Origin: Vicugna vicugna
Taxonomy: Eukaryota
NCBI GenBank assembly: GCA_013265495.1
Contig: MU059059.1
Span: 8,599,853-8,663,852 of the forward strand
Direction: 5' to 3'
Length of the DNA stretch: 64,000 nt
Notes under the pieces: model-generated
The model's input: the letters and a program-made list of their open reading frames with translations, nothing else
Told to the model about the DNA's origin: nothing
Database searches by the model: none
Shown: positions 50,406-62,515 of the stretch, in pieces
Layout: each line of letters begins with the position of its first letter
Numbering within the stretch: the first letter of the stretch is position 1
Position numbers and translations under genes: made by a program

Positions 50406-52209
50406 TTTTGCTGATATATGTATAATCTTGATTATTTTTTGCAAATCACAAAAACTTGCTTGTCTGTTGCATTCTCACTAAATGGATCATATGAGTTGGT
50501 TATCTGGTTTTCAGAGAAGAAACTAAGAGACAGTTTCCTTGATTTATACTCTAGTGGAAGTGAAACTTAGGTCAACTGAGGCTTCTAGAATTCAACAGCT
50601 GTATTATTCATGTGTATATACTTATGAGCAACTTTCTTGCACCAAACAGATGCACAATAAGTAATTATAGAATGAATATTACTGACCTGAGTTTTTTGCA
50701 AAAGACTGGCATCTAAATCTGTTAAATCTCCATAAAGCACTTTCATAAGTATTCATTTATCAATAAAATATTTATTGACAAGCTAGATTTGGGCTTAGGG
50801 TGTCAATATAGCACACGAATAAGATGAACAAAGAGTTGAATCTTTTTTTCCTGCCAGCAGCATCTAATCAAGCTAAAGTCCTTCAAGTCAGTGTTCTGAT
50901 TAAATGCCCCAATTACCAGTTAATTGCTAGAGAATAGATAGAACTGACTCATTTATCTTACAAATTCCAAGCTGGAAGGCTCCAATGAACAAGAATAATT
51001 CTAGCTCCACAGTTTGTTAAATGCCAGGCTAAACCTGGCCAATGTCACCATAAAATATGCCCTGAGGCATCACAACCTTAGCATAGAGCACCAAAGAGAG
51101 TTAACATTAATAGGATGTTTTGAAAGAGTGCAATCACAGCAGAGAGCTAAAATCCAATAGTGCAAACCACATGGATCCACACTTTCCAAGATAAATACTT
51201 CACATGACTCCTTAATTAAAGTCATTAATGATAATTAACCTTATGGGAAAAATGACTCAACTGATTGGTAAAAATACACTTGGTTTCATTTTGGTCTGTT
51301 GTCTTCTTTCTAAGGTTACAGATGGACTGTCTTTCTTTGTACACATGTGTATTCACCTGACCAGGAAGAAGACAGAAAGCTGTGGATACCCTTTCTGTTG
51401 AGTTTTTTAAAAAATCAGAGTAAAAATCTGATGCCGTACCCTGATCTCTCCCAAATAAGCCTGCTGCTTTCCCGGAGGAGACTTGGAAAGCACACCAATT
51501 CTGTTGACTTAAACATTACATTAGATGACCAGTGATAAATAATGCAAGGTTTACTCACTTTATTGGCTTGCTCAGAAAAATCAATCCAGGGACTTAAATT
51601 TATTTTTCACTGAAATGCATGGATCAATTAATATGCATTGTTTACCCCTGGGTTTTAATCAAATTTGAAACAAATGCACTGTATTATGACACCATGAAGG
51701 AGTAAAATGTGTTCAAGTTCCCAGCACAGAAGCAGAACCCTTCCATTTTCTCATTTTTAGTATAGATCAGGTAGCAAGGAAGAGCATCCTATGAGTTTCA
51801 TTGTCCACATAATTGTCAGTCTGACACCACCACCACCCACCCCTTTTCTTGCCCATGGAGAATCAAGGCAAATTCAATAGGGATTCAATAAGGGACGGAT
51901 GAGCTGTTGTTTTGGCCCTAGGGGGTTAATCACAAAGATTTGGGAGCCTGTTTAATTAAAGCAGCTAAAGCCTGATAAGGGGCTGTCCATGAATAGCCTA
52001 TTAAAAACGTATCTAGGTGGCTCTTTTCTTCCAAGATCCAGCCTGATCACTCCTCATAAAGTATTTCCAACTCCCACATAAGAACCCTGGGTAATAAATA
52101 CACAGGTACCTTGTTCAGCACTGAAATGAGGAACCACTAGTAAGGTTTATGTCCCCTCCTTCATAAACCTGAACTTTAAAGTCAAGTCATACGAATTGTT
52201 GTCTCTTTT

Positions 52210-52666
52210 GTGTGGGTAGTAGGTGCTGCCATGTGGCACCCAGATCCCACTCTCAGGATCTGGACACTCATTCCCTCAGTTTCCTGGAATGTTGGCTGAT
52301 GAAGGCTCACAGCTCAGTTACTCTCGTGGAATTGCTAGCAGCTGAAGGGAGCACAAAGTTATACCGCCTGCTTTCCCAGGCTGGTTTTCTGCGCGTGTGT
52401 GTGTGTGTGTGTGTGTGCGTGTGCGTGCGTGCGTGCGTGCGTGCGTGCGTGTGTGTGTGTGTGTGTCCGTGTCCAGTCGGGAACTCCCTACGGAATCAAA
52501 GAGCTCTCTATTGCAGCTTCACCACAGTTCATCTTCTCCCTCTGCCCAGTTCAGCTTCCCTCACTTCCCCACAGGCATTGTTCCTCAGAGCGCTCCCTTC
52601 AAACCTCTTACAACGCAAATCTCCATCTCAAAGTAGGTTTCCAAAGAAACCCAACCGAAGCTACAT
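52210..52666 (+). mobile_element. LTR16-family (ERVL) solo LTR
   Basis: cattccctcagtttcctggaatgttggc..cttctccctctgcccag..atctccatctcaaagtaggtttccaaagaaacccaacc..aca. Confidence 0.8.
52390..52466. repeat. Compound (GT)n(GCGT)n(GT)n microsatellite
   Basis: 77 nt of uninterrupted purine/pyrimidine alternation. Confidence 0.97.
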
Positions 52667-53224
52667 CTATACCACCCTTTGAAAAACTGAGTGTAACTCA
52701 GTTCCTGGAATCATTATACGTCATTTGTATTTGAGATACTCAGACAAAGAATCACAAAGTTGAAAAACCTATTGATTTGAGCCAGATTAATGTTTGTCAT
52801 TCTGTAGGCATCACATAACTGGGCTCATTTAAAATAATATGACGACTTTTGTTAAAGGGACCCCACCCTTACTTATTTGGTTTGCAAAATTCTGAACATA
52901 CATCTAGCATACATTGCCTACAGCAGATTAAGTCTCTCAAGGGCTGGACAAGCAAACTGCTTTCAATATTCAGGCATTTTAGAAGCACTCCTTGCAAAAA
53001 TTGATATACTAATTACAAATTAGTTCCCTCTTTAAAGTGGACCATCTTTAAAGAGCCTTGTTTAGGAAAAACTTTATCTGTTTAGTTCTGATTATTGTGT
53101 ATGTTTAATCAGTGACTTACTTTTAAAAATTCACTTTTATTAGTATACACCTTTCTTCCTTCCATTTACTCCAGGTTATTACCGTACGACTGTTGTGATT
53201 AGGGATGTTTACATTAACAGTAAA

Positions 53225-53440
53225 ATAGCATAAGTCAAATCAGCATATTGAATACCCACTCTGTCCCAGCGCTTTCTGTGTAAACTCAAATAATTCTTAC
53301 GTGAGATAGGAACTATTATCATTATTTTACAAATGAGAACACCTGCTCAAAGTCACAAACCTAGGACTCAGCATAGTTAGATTTTGGACCCTCATAATTT
53401 GGCTCCAGAATCTGTGCTCTTAGTCACTCTACACCACTAC
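53225..53440 (-). mobile_element. MIR
   Basis: aactattatcattattttacaaatgagaacac..ggctccagaatctgtgctcttagtcact. Confidence 0.75.
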
Positions 53441-54497
53441 CACCTCAGTATCTAGAAATCTCAGGCTTAGGAAAGAATTTTGAAGATTTGGGAGTTTATA
53501 GAAAAGAAAGATAACTCTGATTTAGAGAACTCAGTTAAGGCTTCATAGAATAGGTGATGTCTGAACCAGGTCCTAAAATATAAATCGCATTTAGAGGTTA
53601 TAGGTGAATCTCTTTTACCTTTAAAAAAGACCCTGAAAGAAAACCTGACTTACTAGCAGTTTCAGAAAGAGAATATGGGCAGAAAAACCAAAACCAAAAG
53701 ACCTAGGTGACTGCTTTTCTCCAACTGTTAATAAAAGTAAAGCATGTGTACCTGGTGCTGTAACAGGTGTAAATGACTTCTGATGTATGGGTAATGTCTG
53801 CAGGAATGTATAATGTAGTTGGGCTGGTGAGACACTAAACTTGAAAGGGTAACAGGTAATAACTATAAAGCTGTATATGGTGAATACCAGATGAGGGTGT
53901 AACTGGGTGAACAGGTAAGAGAGACTGGTCCAGTGTCTACAGTCCGGCTCCCTAACCCCATTCTCAGGTTGTACTTCCAGAAGTTCTTTGAAAGACAGTT
54001 ATGTGGAAACTTCCAGCAGGGGAGAGTTTGCTAGGGAGCATTTGGAGGGGTAGAGGTGGAGATAAGACAGGGAGCCAGAGTGCAGGAGGAACTGAGACTG
54101 GATTGGAATTGAGCTTTTCAGATCCCAGGGTTTTCAAGACTTAACCTTTGTAGCATCTTTTGGAGATTGACAAATGTAAGAGGAAAATGGCAGAGTGATA
54201 TCCTTAAGGTAGGGCTATGCCCTGTGCTCTAGCATCCCCAGCCTTTTCAGAGACCCTTCAGACCCCAGATGGATGGAGGGCAGAACAGATTGCTATCAAA
54301 GGACCGTGTGGGCCTGGACAAAGGGCAACTCAACATTACCCAATAAGGACAAAAGGCAGATTATGCTAGATTGGTAAGACTCCTGGGGCCTTTGAATAAG
54401 AGGGTGGGGTAGAAAATTCCATAAGAACTGAGGTTGATTTTTTTTGTCATCTTGACCAGTGGGATTTCAAGTCATTTAATATAAAAAATATAGTGAT

Positions 54498-55432
54498 ACC
54501 CAATCAAAAAATGGACAGAAGACCTAGAAATTTTTCCAAAGAAGACATACAGATGACCAACAGGCACATGATAAGAGGCCCAACATTGCTAATCATCAGA
54601 GAAATGCAATTCAAAACCACAATGAGATCTCACCTCACATTGATCAGAATGGATATTATCAAAAACTCTACAAATAATNNNNNNNNNNNNNNNNNNNNNN
54701 NNNNNNNNNNNNNNNNNNNNNNNNNNNNNNNNNNNNNNNNNNNNNNNNNNNNNNNNNNNNNNNNNNNNNNNNNNNNNNNNNNNNNNNNNNNNNNNNNNNN
54801 NNNNNNNNNNNNNNNNNNNNNNNNNNNNATGTATCTGGAAAACAATGAAAACTAATTCAAAAAGATACATACACCCCAATGTTCATAGCAGTGCTATTTG
54901 CAATAGCCAAGACATGGAAACAACTAACAAGGCCATCAACAGACAATTGGGTAAAGAAGATGCAGTGTGTGTGTGTGTGTGTGTGTGTTTGTGTGTGTGG
55001 GAATATTACTCAGCCATAAAAAGAATGAAATACTGCTCTTTGTAGCAACATGGATGGACCTAGAGAATATTTGTTTAGTGAAATAAGTCAGACATAGGAA
55101 AACAAATACTGTATGGTATCATTTATATGTGGAATCTAAATAATAGAAATGAACCTAAATACAAAACAGAAACAGACTCACAAACATAGAAAACAAACAT
55201 GGTTACCAAAGGGAGAGAGGGAGGGGAAGGGACAAATGAGTATGGGATTAACAGATACAAACTGCTAAACATAAAATAAATAAGTAACAAGGATTTAGTG
55301 TAAAGCATAGGGAATTATACTCAATATCTTATAATACTCTATAATGGAATATAATCTGTGAAAAAAAATAAATCATTATGCTGTACACCTGAAACACAAT
55401 ATTGTAAGTCAACTACATTTCACTAAAAAAAA
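54498..55432 (+). mobile_element. 5'-truncated L1 with poly-A tail, internal (TG)n and N-run 54679-54828
   Basis: Frame KEDIQMTNRHM..IIREMQFKTTMRSHLT resembles the L1 ORF2 C-terminus; A tail; TSD aaaaatatagtgat (54484-54497) / aaaaaaacagtgat (55433-55446). Confidence 0.95.
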
Positions 55433-57897
55433 AAAAAAACAGTGATGGCATCCTAGTATTGGGATGAATTCATTAACTCAGTGATTATTCTTTGTCAATC
55501 CAGTATTGTAATGGAGCAAAATTCATACCAGCCAGGGGCAATACAAGCACTAAGTTTTACATTGAAAATATCACTGCCTGGGCATGTCAAGAAATTTCAT
55601 GGAAAAAAAGATGAAATTTCATAGAACACTTAAAGATTGAATAAAACTGAGAAAAGTGAAAGGAGGGAGTAGGCAACATTCCAATAAATCTTGTGCAAAA
55701 ACATAAAGATGGGACGTACTTTCATTCCTAGGAGACAGGATCCTCTAGGTGCTTCTCAAACAGCACGAAATCACAGTATTAGTAACCGTATCTTTGGGAC
55801 GGGGCTGAAGTTCTAAGCAAGAACTATCCCTGTTTGCTTCCAAAGAGTCTCTAACGCTTCCCAATAGCTTCCGGCTTCATTTAAGCTGGAGAGGCAGGTT
55901 TAACTTATCATTAGGCATCAACCCCTCACCCACTGACATGCTCTCTTCAGGTGTCAATAATGAAAGAAGTAGCTGCTCCTCCTCCGTTTCCACATTTTAC
56001 TTTGCCTTATTCTTCAGAAGGAGTCAGGGTGGGCACGGGCTCCTCCAGTATTTCTTTGCCTCTCTCATGGGCCCTTGTGGTTACAACCAGAAAATGCCAC
56101 CCGTGGCAGAAATGAATTGCGCACCCAGCCTTTAAAAACAACCCTGGACCGCAGCCCTTCCTCACGTGTATATCCTTTTTGCTACTCAAAGTTAAACAAC
56201 TTTTCCTTTTCACCAGTTAGTGGAAAACGCTGAAACTGCTCTTTTCCAAACCATCCCTGTTGTTTCCATCAGGGAGCTGTTAACCTATGTCATCTGGGTG
56301 CATAACCAGCAGAACCCAAATTTTTCTGTGTCAAGTATTCTTTATTTGACAAAGGATAAAGAACCATGGACCTATAATCTACATAAATGCTATTTTAAAA
56401 TACCATTAAATCTAATAACTAGCTATAGGAATTGGTGGCTATTTGGAAAAGCTTGGTATTTAGGTTTATGTGGCCATGTTCAATCAAGAGAAAACAGAAG
56501 CAAACAATTAATGTCCTCTACTTCTTTTCCTCTGTGCCTCCAAAGTTTGCTAACATCTGTTCTTTATCTCTTTCTTATCCCTCACTCCTTGCTTCCTCTG
56601 TCTTATTACACATCTGGGCTCTGGTCCATAATTTTAGGGGCACAAGGAAAGCAGGCTCTCTAACTCCTAAAAGCATCTTTTCTGGGCACTCTAGTAACAA
56701 TGACTTTGCTTCCTTGCCGTACATTTTTCTCTCATCTTTTCCTCTTGCTCTTTGTTTCTAATGACAATTGACATTGTTTTCTGCACGATTCATTTAATGT
56801 ATCACAGAGCAAGCAGTCTCTGACCTTGCTGAGTAGAAAAATTCTTTCACCCTGATAAATTACAGATGGTAAATACATAGGGAAATATACTGAAGATGAA
56901 TAAATGATCTTTAACAATCAACAGGTAAGCTATAAAGTAGTGTTCTAAGATGTTCATCCTTGCTCCTGATAGGTGCTAAGTTTAAAGCTACAGACTTCGG
57001 AATGGGGGCAGAGTATCCATGGGACAGATGAGATGTTCCTTTAAAAGAAAATGTCCATCAGCAATGATCTAGAAATACGCAAAGAATGATTTTTCTATAG
57101 ACTTCTTGAAACATCGACGATTTACAGAGTAAACGCTAATCTAGCAAGTTTCCTCATTTTGGGAGAGGTGTCAAATGTCCATAAATGGCATGAACAGAAA
57201 ACTCCTACTTGAATCCAGTGGTAACTGAATGGTGCTATTACGACTATTTATGTTCCTCTAGAAGTTCTCATTTTAGGGGTGGGTGGAAACACCATACATA
57301 CACAACAGGAGAGCACTATAGCCCAATTCTAGTCCCCAGAGGAGGCACGACCCTCCCCCCAGAACTAATATTTACATCAAATAAACTCTAAGGGATCTAT
57401 GCAGAATCCCAGAGTCCTGGCCACCAGAGGGTTCCCCAAGGGACTGAGACAACAGACATCAGACTACTGACTTTGTCACTGAGGATGCTGGCCAGAGAGC
57501 CACCTTGAGCCTGAGATTGACCCAGACCTTCTCGCCCGTTTCCTCAAATGGAGCCCAAGTAGAGCCCTAGAGGAAGGTGACTGTCCCCCACAGGGAGTGT
57601 GCGGCCTGGCTTGGACTGTTTGCCACAGGGAAGCAGAGTGGAGAAAAGAAGAGGCTGAGTCTGAGGGCTTGACAGTCTCAGAGAGAACAAGACGCAGGCA
57701 GCTGGGCCGCGCACCAGCAGTGAGTGACCCGCATGCCAGTGTGAGTGACCCGATGGGCCACCCCCACAGGAGGTGGGGAGGAACAAGGATTCCTCCCAGC
57801 AGCTCAGGCCTGGAGAGTGGAGTAAAAGGCCCGTCTCTTTCAGGGGCTCAAGTCCCCCAAATAGAAACCCCCAAAGAGCACTGGTACGGCTTCTTGC

Positions 57898-58260
57898 TGT
57901 GTGAGGTTGCTAACGCTGCTGTAAAACAAAGTACCACAAACGGGTCTGAAACAGCAGAAATGTATCGTCTTCCAGTTCTGGAGGCCAAGAGCCCCAAACC
58001 GACGTGTCAGCAAGGTGAGTTCTGTCTGAAGGCTGTGATGCGAGGAGCTGTTCCAGGCCTTTCTCTTCGTCAGGTAGATGGCTGTCTTCGCCCCATGTCT
58101 TCACACTGACTTCCTCTGTGTGTGCCTCTGNNNNNNNNNNNNNNNNNNNNNNNNNNNNNNNNNNNNNNNNNNNNNNNNNNNNNNNNNNNNNNNNNNNNNN
58201 NNNNNNNNNNNNNNNNNNNNNNNNNNNNNNNNNNNNNNNNNNNNNNNNNNNNNNNNNNNN
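57898..58260 (-). mobile_element. MaLR solo LTR (MLT1A/B-like), distal part hidden by N-run 58131-58260
   Basis: acaaagtaccacaaac..cagttctggaggcc..gtagatggctgtcttc..; 5-bp TSD CTTGC at 57893-57897 and 58261-58265. Confidence 0.9.
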
Positions 58261-60682
58261 CTTGCTTGAATCAAGTGTTCCCCAAAGGGCCAGCTTAATA
58301 AATATGGCAGTTTAGCAACTTAATCAGCACTAGCCAGGCAGCAAAACATCTTACTCCAAGGTATGTGTGCACTTTTGGAAAGCACAGCTCTTGCTGGAGA
58401 GCGCAGCCACGCTCCTCCAATTGCCGTTAATTGTGAACAAGACTTCTGGGAAAAGCATACCTGGCTTCGTGAAGGCTTCGGGGCCCCGCACCTCACACAG
58501 AGTCTCTGTCAGGAACATGAGTAAGCAGCTCTTTGCACATGTCCCCTGTCAGAACTGTTCAGCCATCCAGAGCTTCCATCTCTAAATATTTACAAGGTAC
58601 GATTTATCAGAATGAAAGAGAATGTTTCTGCTCCACAATGTCGGGCATATGGTAGCAGCATGAGCTAGAAGATAAATCGTGCTGAGAGATTCCAACTGGA
58701 TTTAATGCCAGCAATAATTATTTTTAATCAGATGGAAAGTTCCCTCCTGATACCAGACCATCTAACATTAGAATATAATTTTGTCAGTTCTCATTGTCAG
58801 ATGCTGTTTCTATAAATAATCTCCTAGGTCCTTTTGAAGTCTGACTTTATATCCTTCCTTTTATCTTTGCTCATTCTTTCTTTCTATGGTAATGTTCTAT
58901 CTGTTTTCTAAATCCTGGCTTTTGATGACAGGATGTCTTTATAAAATCATATAAAGCATTTGGGGTTTAGCAGATCTGCTCACAACTACGAGGAATTTCA
59001 ACAAATTTCTTGATTCTCTGTTCACCTCTTCTCTGCCCTCTCCCCCATCACCCATCTCCACCCTCTAGCCCCCAACCTCCACAAACTAAGAGGGCAATGA
59101 AATGCAATAAGCCTGAGAGCAACCCAGATCGTGATACAGAATCGGTATTTGGTGTGTATCATTGGTGTGAAGCTGTCAGGAGGCTGATTAGATGTGTTAC
59201 CGGGATAATAAGACCCCAAATGGGCACCTCTGCATGGGCCGTATGCATGCATACCACCACACCCACCCACACCTCATGAAAGCATAGACACATTTCCTAG
59301 CCGGCTCTGATCTGGAGTTTTAAACATAACTGGTAATTTAAAAAATAACTGGCTATTTAACTGCATCCACCTGTAGATATAAAAATATTTGTAGGGATAG
59401 AGCTTTAAAAAATCCTATTTCCAAGCAATACAAAGAGAAGGCTCACATACATGAGAATTTTCTATCAATGGGTAAATAGGGAAAACCACGTCTCTGACAC
59501 AAAGCCGCCAATCTGATAACTCCATTGCCACAGTGGGGATTTTCCTTCTAGGATTTATGCAGCTCTGGGAGGTGACACCAGAATCAAGTTCCTCACCGGG
59601 AAAGCATCGGCCAAGGTCAGGCTTTCTGCATGTTCTCCCCAAGTTCCCAAGTTTGCCAACTACTGCGGCGCTCTGTCCTGTGAGCTGAGGACTTGGCCAA
59701 GTCCCCAATCCTAGAGCAAACAGCAGCGTTTTTGCTAACACACAAAAGCTCATTTCCTGTTGTGAGAGAAAGAGTCAGGAGAATAATCCCCTTAAAAGGT
59801 GGCAGCAAGAGCCTTCGACTGTAGCTAGCTTAGGAGTCAAGTCCGGGCGACTCCTGCTTCTGGACTCCTTTGTACACCCATCTTCCTGGGTCTGGGAAAG
59901 TGGCTTCTCATTTTGGCTCCTCCTGCTCAAAATTGTAAGCTGTACTGTTGGTCTAAACTCTCCAGGCCACTGAGAAACTAGGTTATTCCTACTGCTTCCC
60001 TTGGGGTAGACTGACCTGGGTCCCTGGCTGCTGCTGCCAGTGGACGTCCAGCAGGACAGCCTGACACTGGGGATCACAAGACTGTCTAAGGCACACTGCC
60101 AAGGGAGTTCCCTGGGGCCACCTTGAAGATCTTTGACTTTCAAGAGAACTCATTTATAACTGATCTTCTGGGGAACTTGCCTTCAGAAAAATAATCCATT
60201 TCACAATCTGTCTTTGCCACTGGAGGAAAGAGAGGCCATATCACTTTTCCATTTAGAGATTTACTATGATGCTCCATGGGTATAAAAACTCCAGGGTTGC
60301 CAAGCAAAGGATAGTTGGACACATTAGTGCAGGCACTGAAAAAGTAAGTGATTCTGATGCCTGGATAACAGTCCTTCCTCAAGTCAGCTGGTTTCCAGTT
60401 CTTTGCTTTCAACAGAAACATCTAATATATCATTAAAAATAATTTTGGACAATAATACAGCATCATGTGATTTTTTTCTCAGGGGTAAGAAAATAGCTCA
60501 GAAGAATTTACTAATTTAATTGATATTTATTAAGTGCCATCTATGTGCTGGAGAGGGTATCAATAAACCAATGCATAAGACAGAAACATTAATGATTTTC
60601 TGAAAGTGTGATGCTAATTCCTCCTGTGTAATTTTTTTTTGCTACTCCTCTGTTGCTTCTGCATCTCTTTCTTTTCATATAT

Positions 60683-61132
60683 TATTTTTTTTAATTGAAG
60701 TATAGTCAGTTACAATGTGTTAGTTTCTGTTCTATAGCATAATGTCCCAGTCATGTCATACACACACATATATTTGTTTTCATATTGTTTTTCGTTAAAG
60801 GTTATTATACGATATTGACTATAGTTCCCAGTGCTATACAGAAGAAATTTGTTAAATCTATTTTTATATATAGTGGTCAACATTTGCAAATCTCAAATTC
60901 CCAAATTTATCCCTTCCCACACCCTTTCCCCGGTAACCATAAGATTGTTTACTGTGTCTATGAGTCTGTTTCTTTTGNNNNNNNNNNNNNNNNNNNNNNN
61001 NNNNNNNNNNNNNNNNNNNNNNNNNNNNNNNNNNNNNNNNNNNNNNNNNNNNNNNNNNNNNNNNNNNNNNNNNNNNNNNNNNNNNNNNNNNNNNNNNNNN
61101 NNNNNNNNNNNNNNNNNNNNNNNNNNNNNNNN
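60683..61132 (-). mobile_element. Artiodactyl-type L1 3' end, ending in N-run 60978-61132
   Basis: tttttaattgaagtatagtcagttacaatgtgttagtttctg..ccggtaaccataag..tgtctatgagtctgtttc. Confidence 0.9.
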
Positions 61133-61238
61133 TGTGATTCTTTCCCAAATCTGGTCTTAAGCTGTGTTTATCTTATTTCTGATCTTGGCTTATGTCATTT
61201 TGATTTCTCTCTCTCTCTCTCTCTCTCTTTTTTAGTAT

Positions 61239-61319
61239 TATTTGTCTGAATCATATGAAATTGCCAGTTTTTCTGCAAAATGGTGAAATATTAGCCATTT
61301 TTTATGGTTCATACTAATA
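61239..61319. mobile_element. MARNA-like mariner MITE (about 81 bp)
   Basis: Inverted termini tatttgtctgaatcatatgaaattgc versus reverse complement tattagtatgaaccataaaaaatggc (20/26 match). Confidence 0.6.
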
Positions 61320-62053
61320 AACCTATTTTTGCTACGTTTCACATGTGGATACAAAACATGGACCTATTTTGGCATCTTGACTGGAGGTCTTTATAAGTCT
61401 TTGATCTTTCTTTCTCTCACCAAGCAGTCAGCCAGTCAAACAGTCAAATATCAGAATCAACTCACAGTTCCACGCAGAGAGTTTTTTCCCCAAAAAGTGC
61501 CTTTTAGATTTTGGAAGACTATAGAGAAGTTGGGAGGTGGTGTTGGGAAGTTGATAAACACTGAATGATTGAGAAAAATTTAAGTCTACCTCCTCCAAAT
61601 GGCATTATTCCTCTTTCTGCCATCACCCAAATGTTTAAACCAAATGAAATTTCATCGAGTCAAGAGCTATAATTGGTTTGTTTTCATTTGGCAGAGAGGG
61701 AAGAACTAGAAAATATGCATAGTAAGGGAGGAAATGACAAATCCATATTTTATTTTTATCATTAAAATCTTGACTTACACCCATTATCAGCAAACATATG
61801 AACAGTCTAGCTTGTGCAATGAATAAAAAGCCATGGGTAATGGAAATGTCTAGTTTTTGTGTGCACATTTTTGGGACTTGATTTTTATGAAAGACAGAGA
61901 AAACTGGAACACGAAGTTTTCCGGAGAAGTAAGAGCCTAAGACTCCAGCATCATGAACAATTCAATAGCTTCCTTTCAGGCACATGGAATTTAAGAAGCA
62001 TTGGTAGCTTTTAGCCTCAAAAGATTCAGGATCCCTGAATTCCTGCCCCACTC

Positions 62054-62515
62054 TGTCACATGCCTCTCCCCCCAAATATCCTTTCTCCCCTTTTTCTAAG
62101 TAATATAACCCCTGCTCTTCAGATGGGCATATTGCCACCCAATTGAAAGACTGTCTTCCCCAGGCCACGCAAATATCACGGAGAGACCATGTGACCAAGA
62201 TTTGACCACAGAGTTCCATGTGACTTCTGGGCAGTATCTTTAAGGGAGAGGTTAAGTTCTTTGTCCCTACATTCATGTGGCTGCCTGGAGCAAGGCTCTG
62301 ATGGCTGGAGTTCAAGAAACCATCTCATAGCATGAGTGAGGGCGGAGCAGGCAGCTGGGAGGGGCCAGGGTCCCCGCTGACTTAGTGGAGCCCCCAGAGT
62401 AGCTCTGGTCTCTTTGCTTTCAGACTTCTTTCATTTGAAATAGACACAAGCTCCGTCCTGTTCCAGCCACGGTTGCCTTTCTTTTTCTGTTCTATGTAGC
62501 CAATTCATAGTGCCT
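62054..62515 (+). mobile_element. Old MaLR LTR (MLT1I/J-like)
   Basis: ccatgtgaccaagatttgaccacagag..tgatggctggagttcaagaaaccatct..gagcaggcagctgggaggggccagggtcc. Confidence 0.75.

Noticed and set aside
52212-52734. ORFs of 156, 111 and 79 aa with CVCV/VRAC repeats
   Set aside because: Translation of an LTR16 plus microsatellite
54493-54855. 120-aa ORF
   Set aside because: L1 ORF2 C-terminal remnant read through Ns; truncated and non-functional
56220-56761. 147- and 109-aa ORFs
   Set aside because: Low-complexity F/L/S-rich composition typical of AT-rich non-coding frames; no recognisable domain
57597-58109. Longest ORF in the window (170 aa)
   Set aside because: The distal part is antisense MLT1 LTR; no domain similarity and no supporting exon structure
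60785-61249. 154-aa ORF
   Set aside because: Antisense L1 sequence, extended artificially by the N-run
61363-61372. CArG box CCTATTTTGG
   Set aside because: A single motif; several are expected by chance
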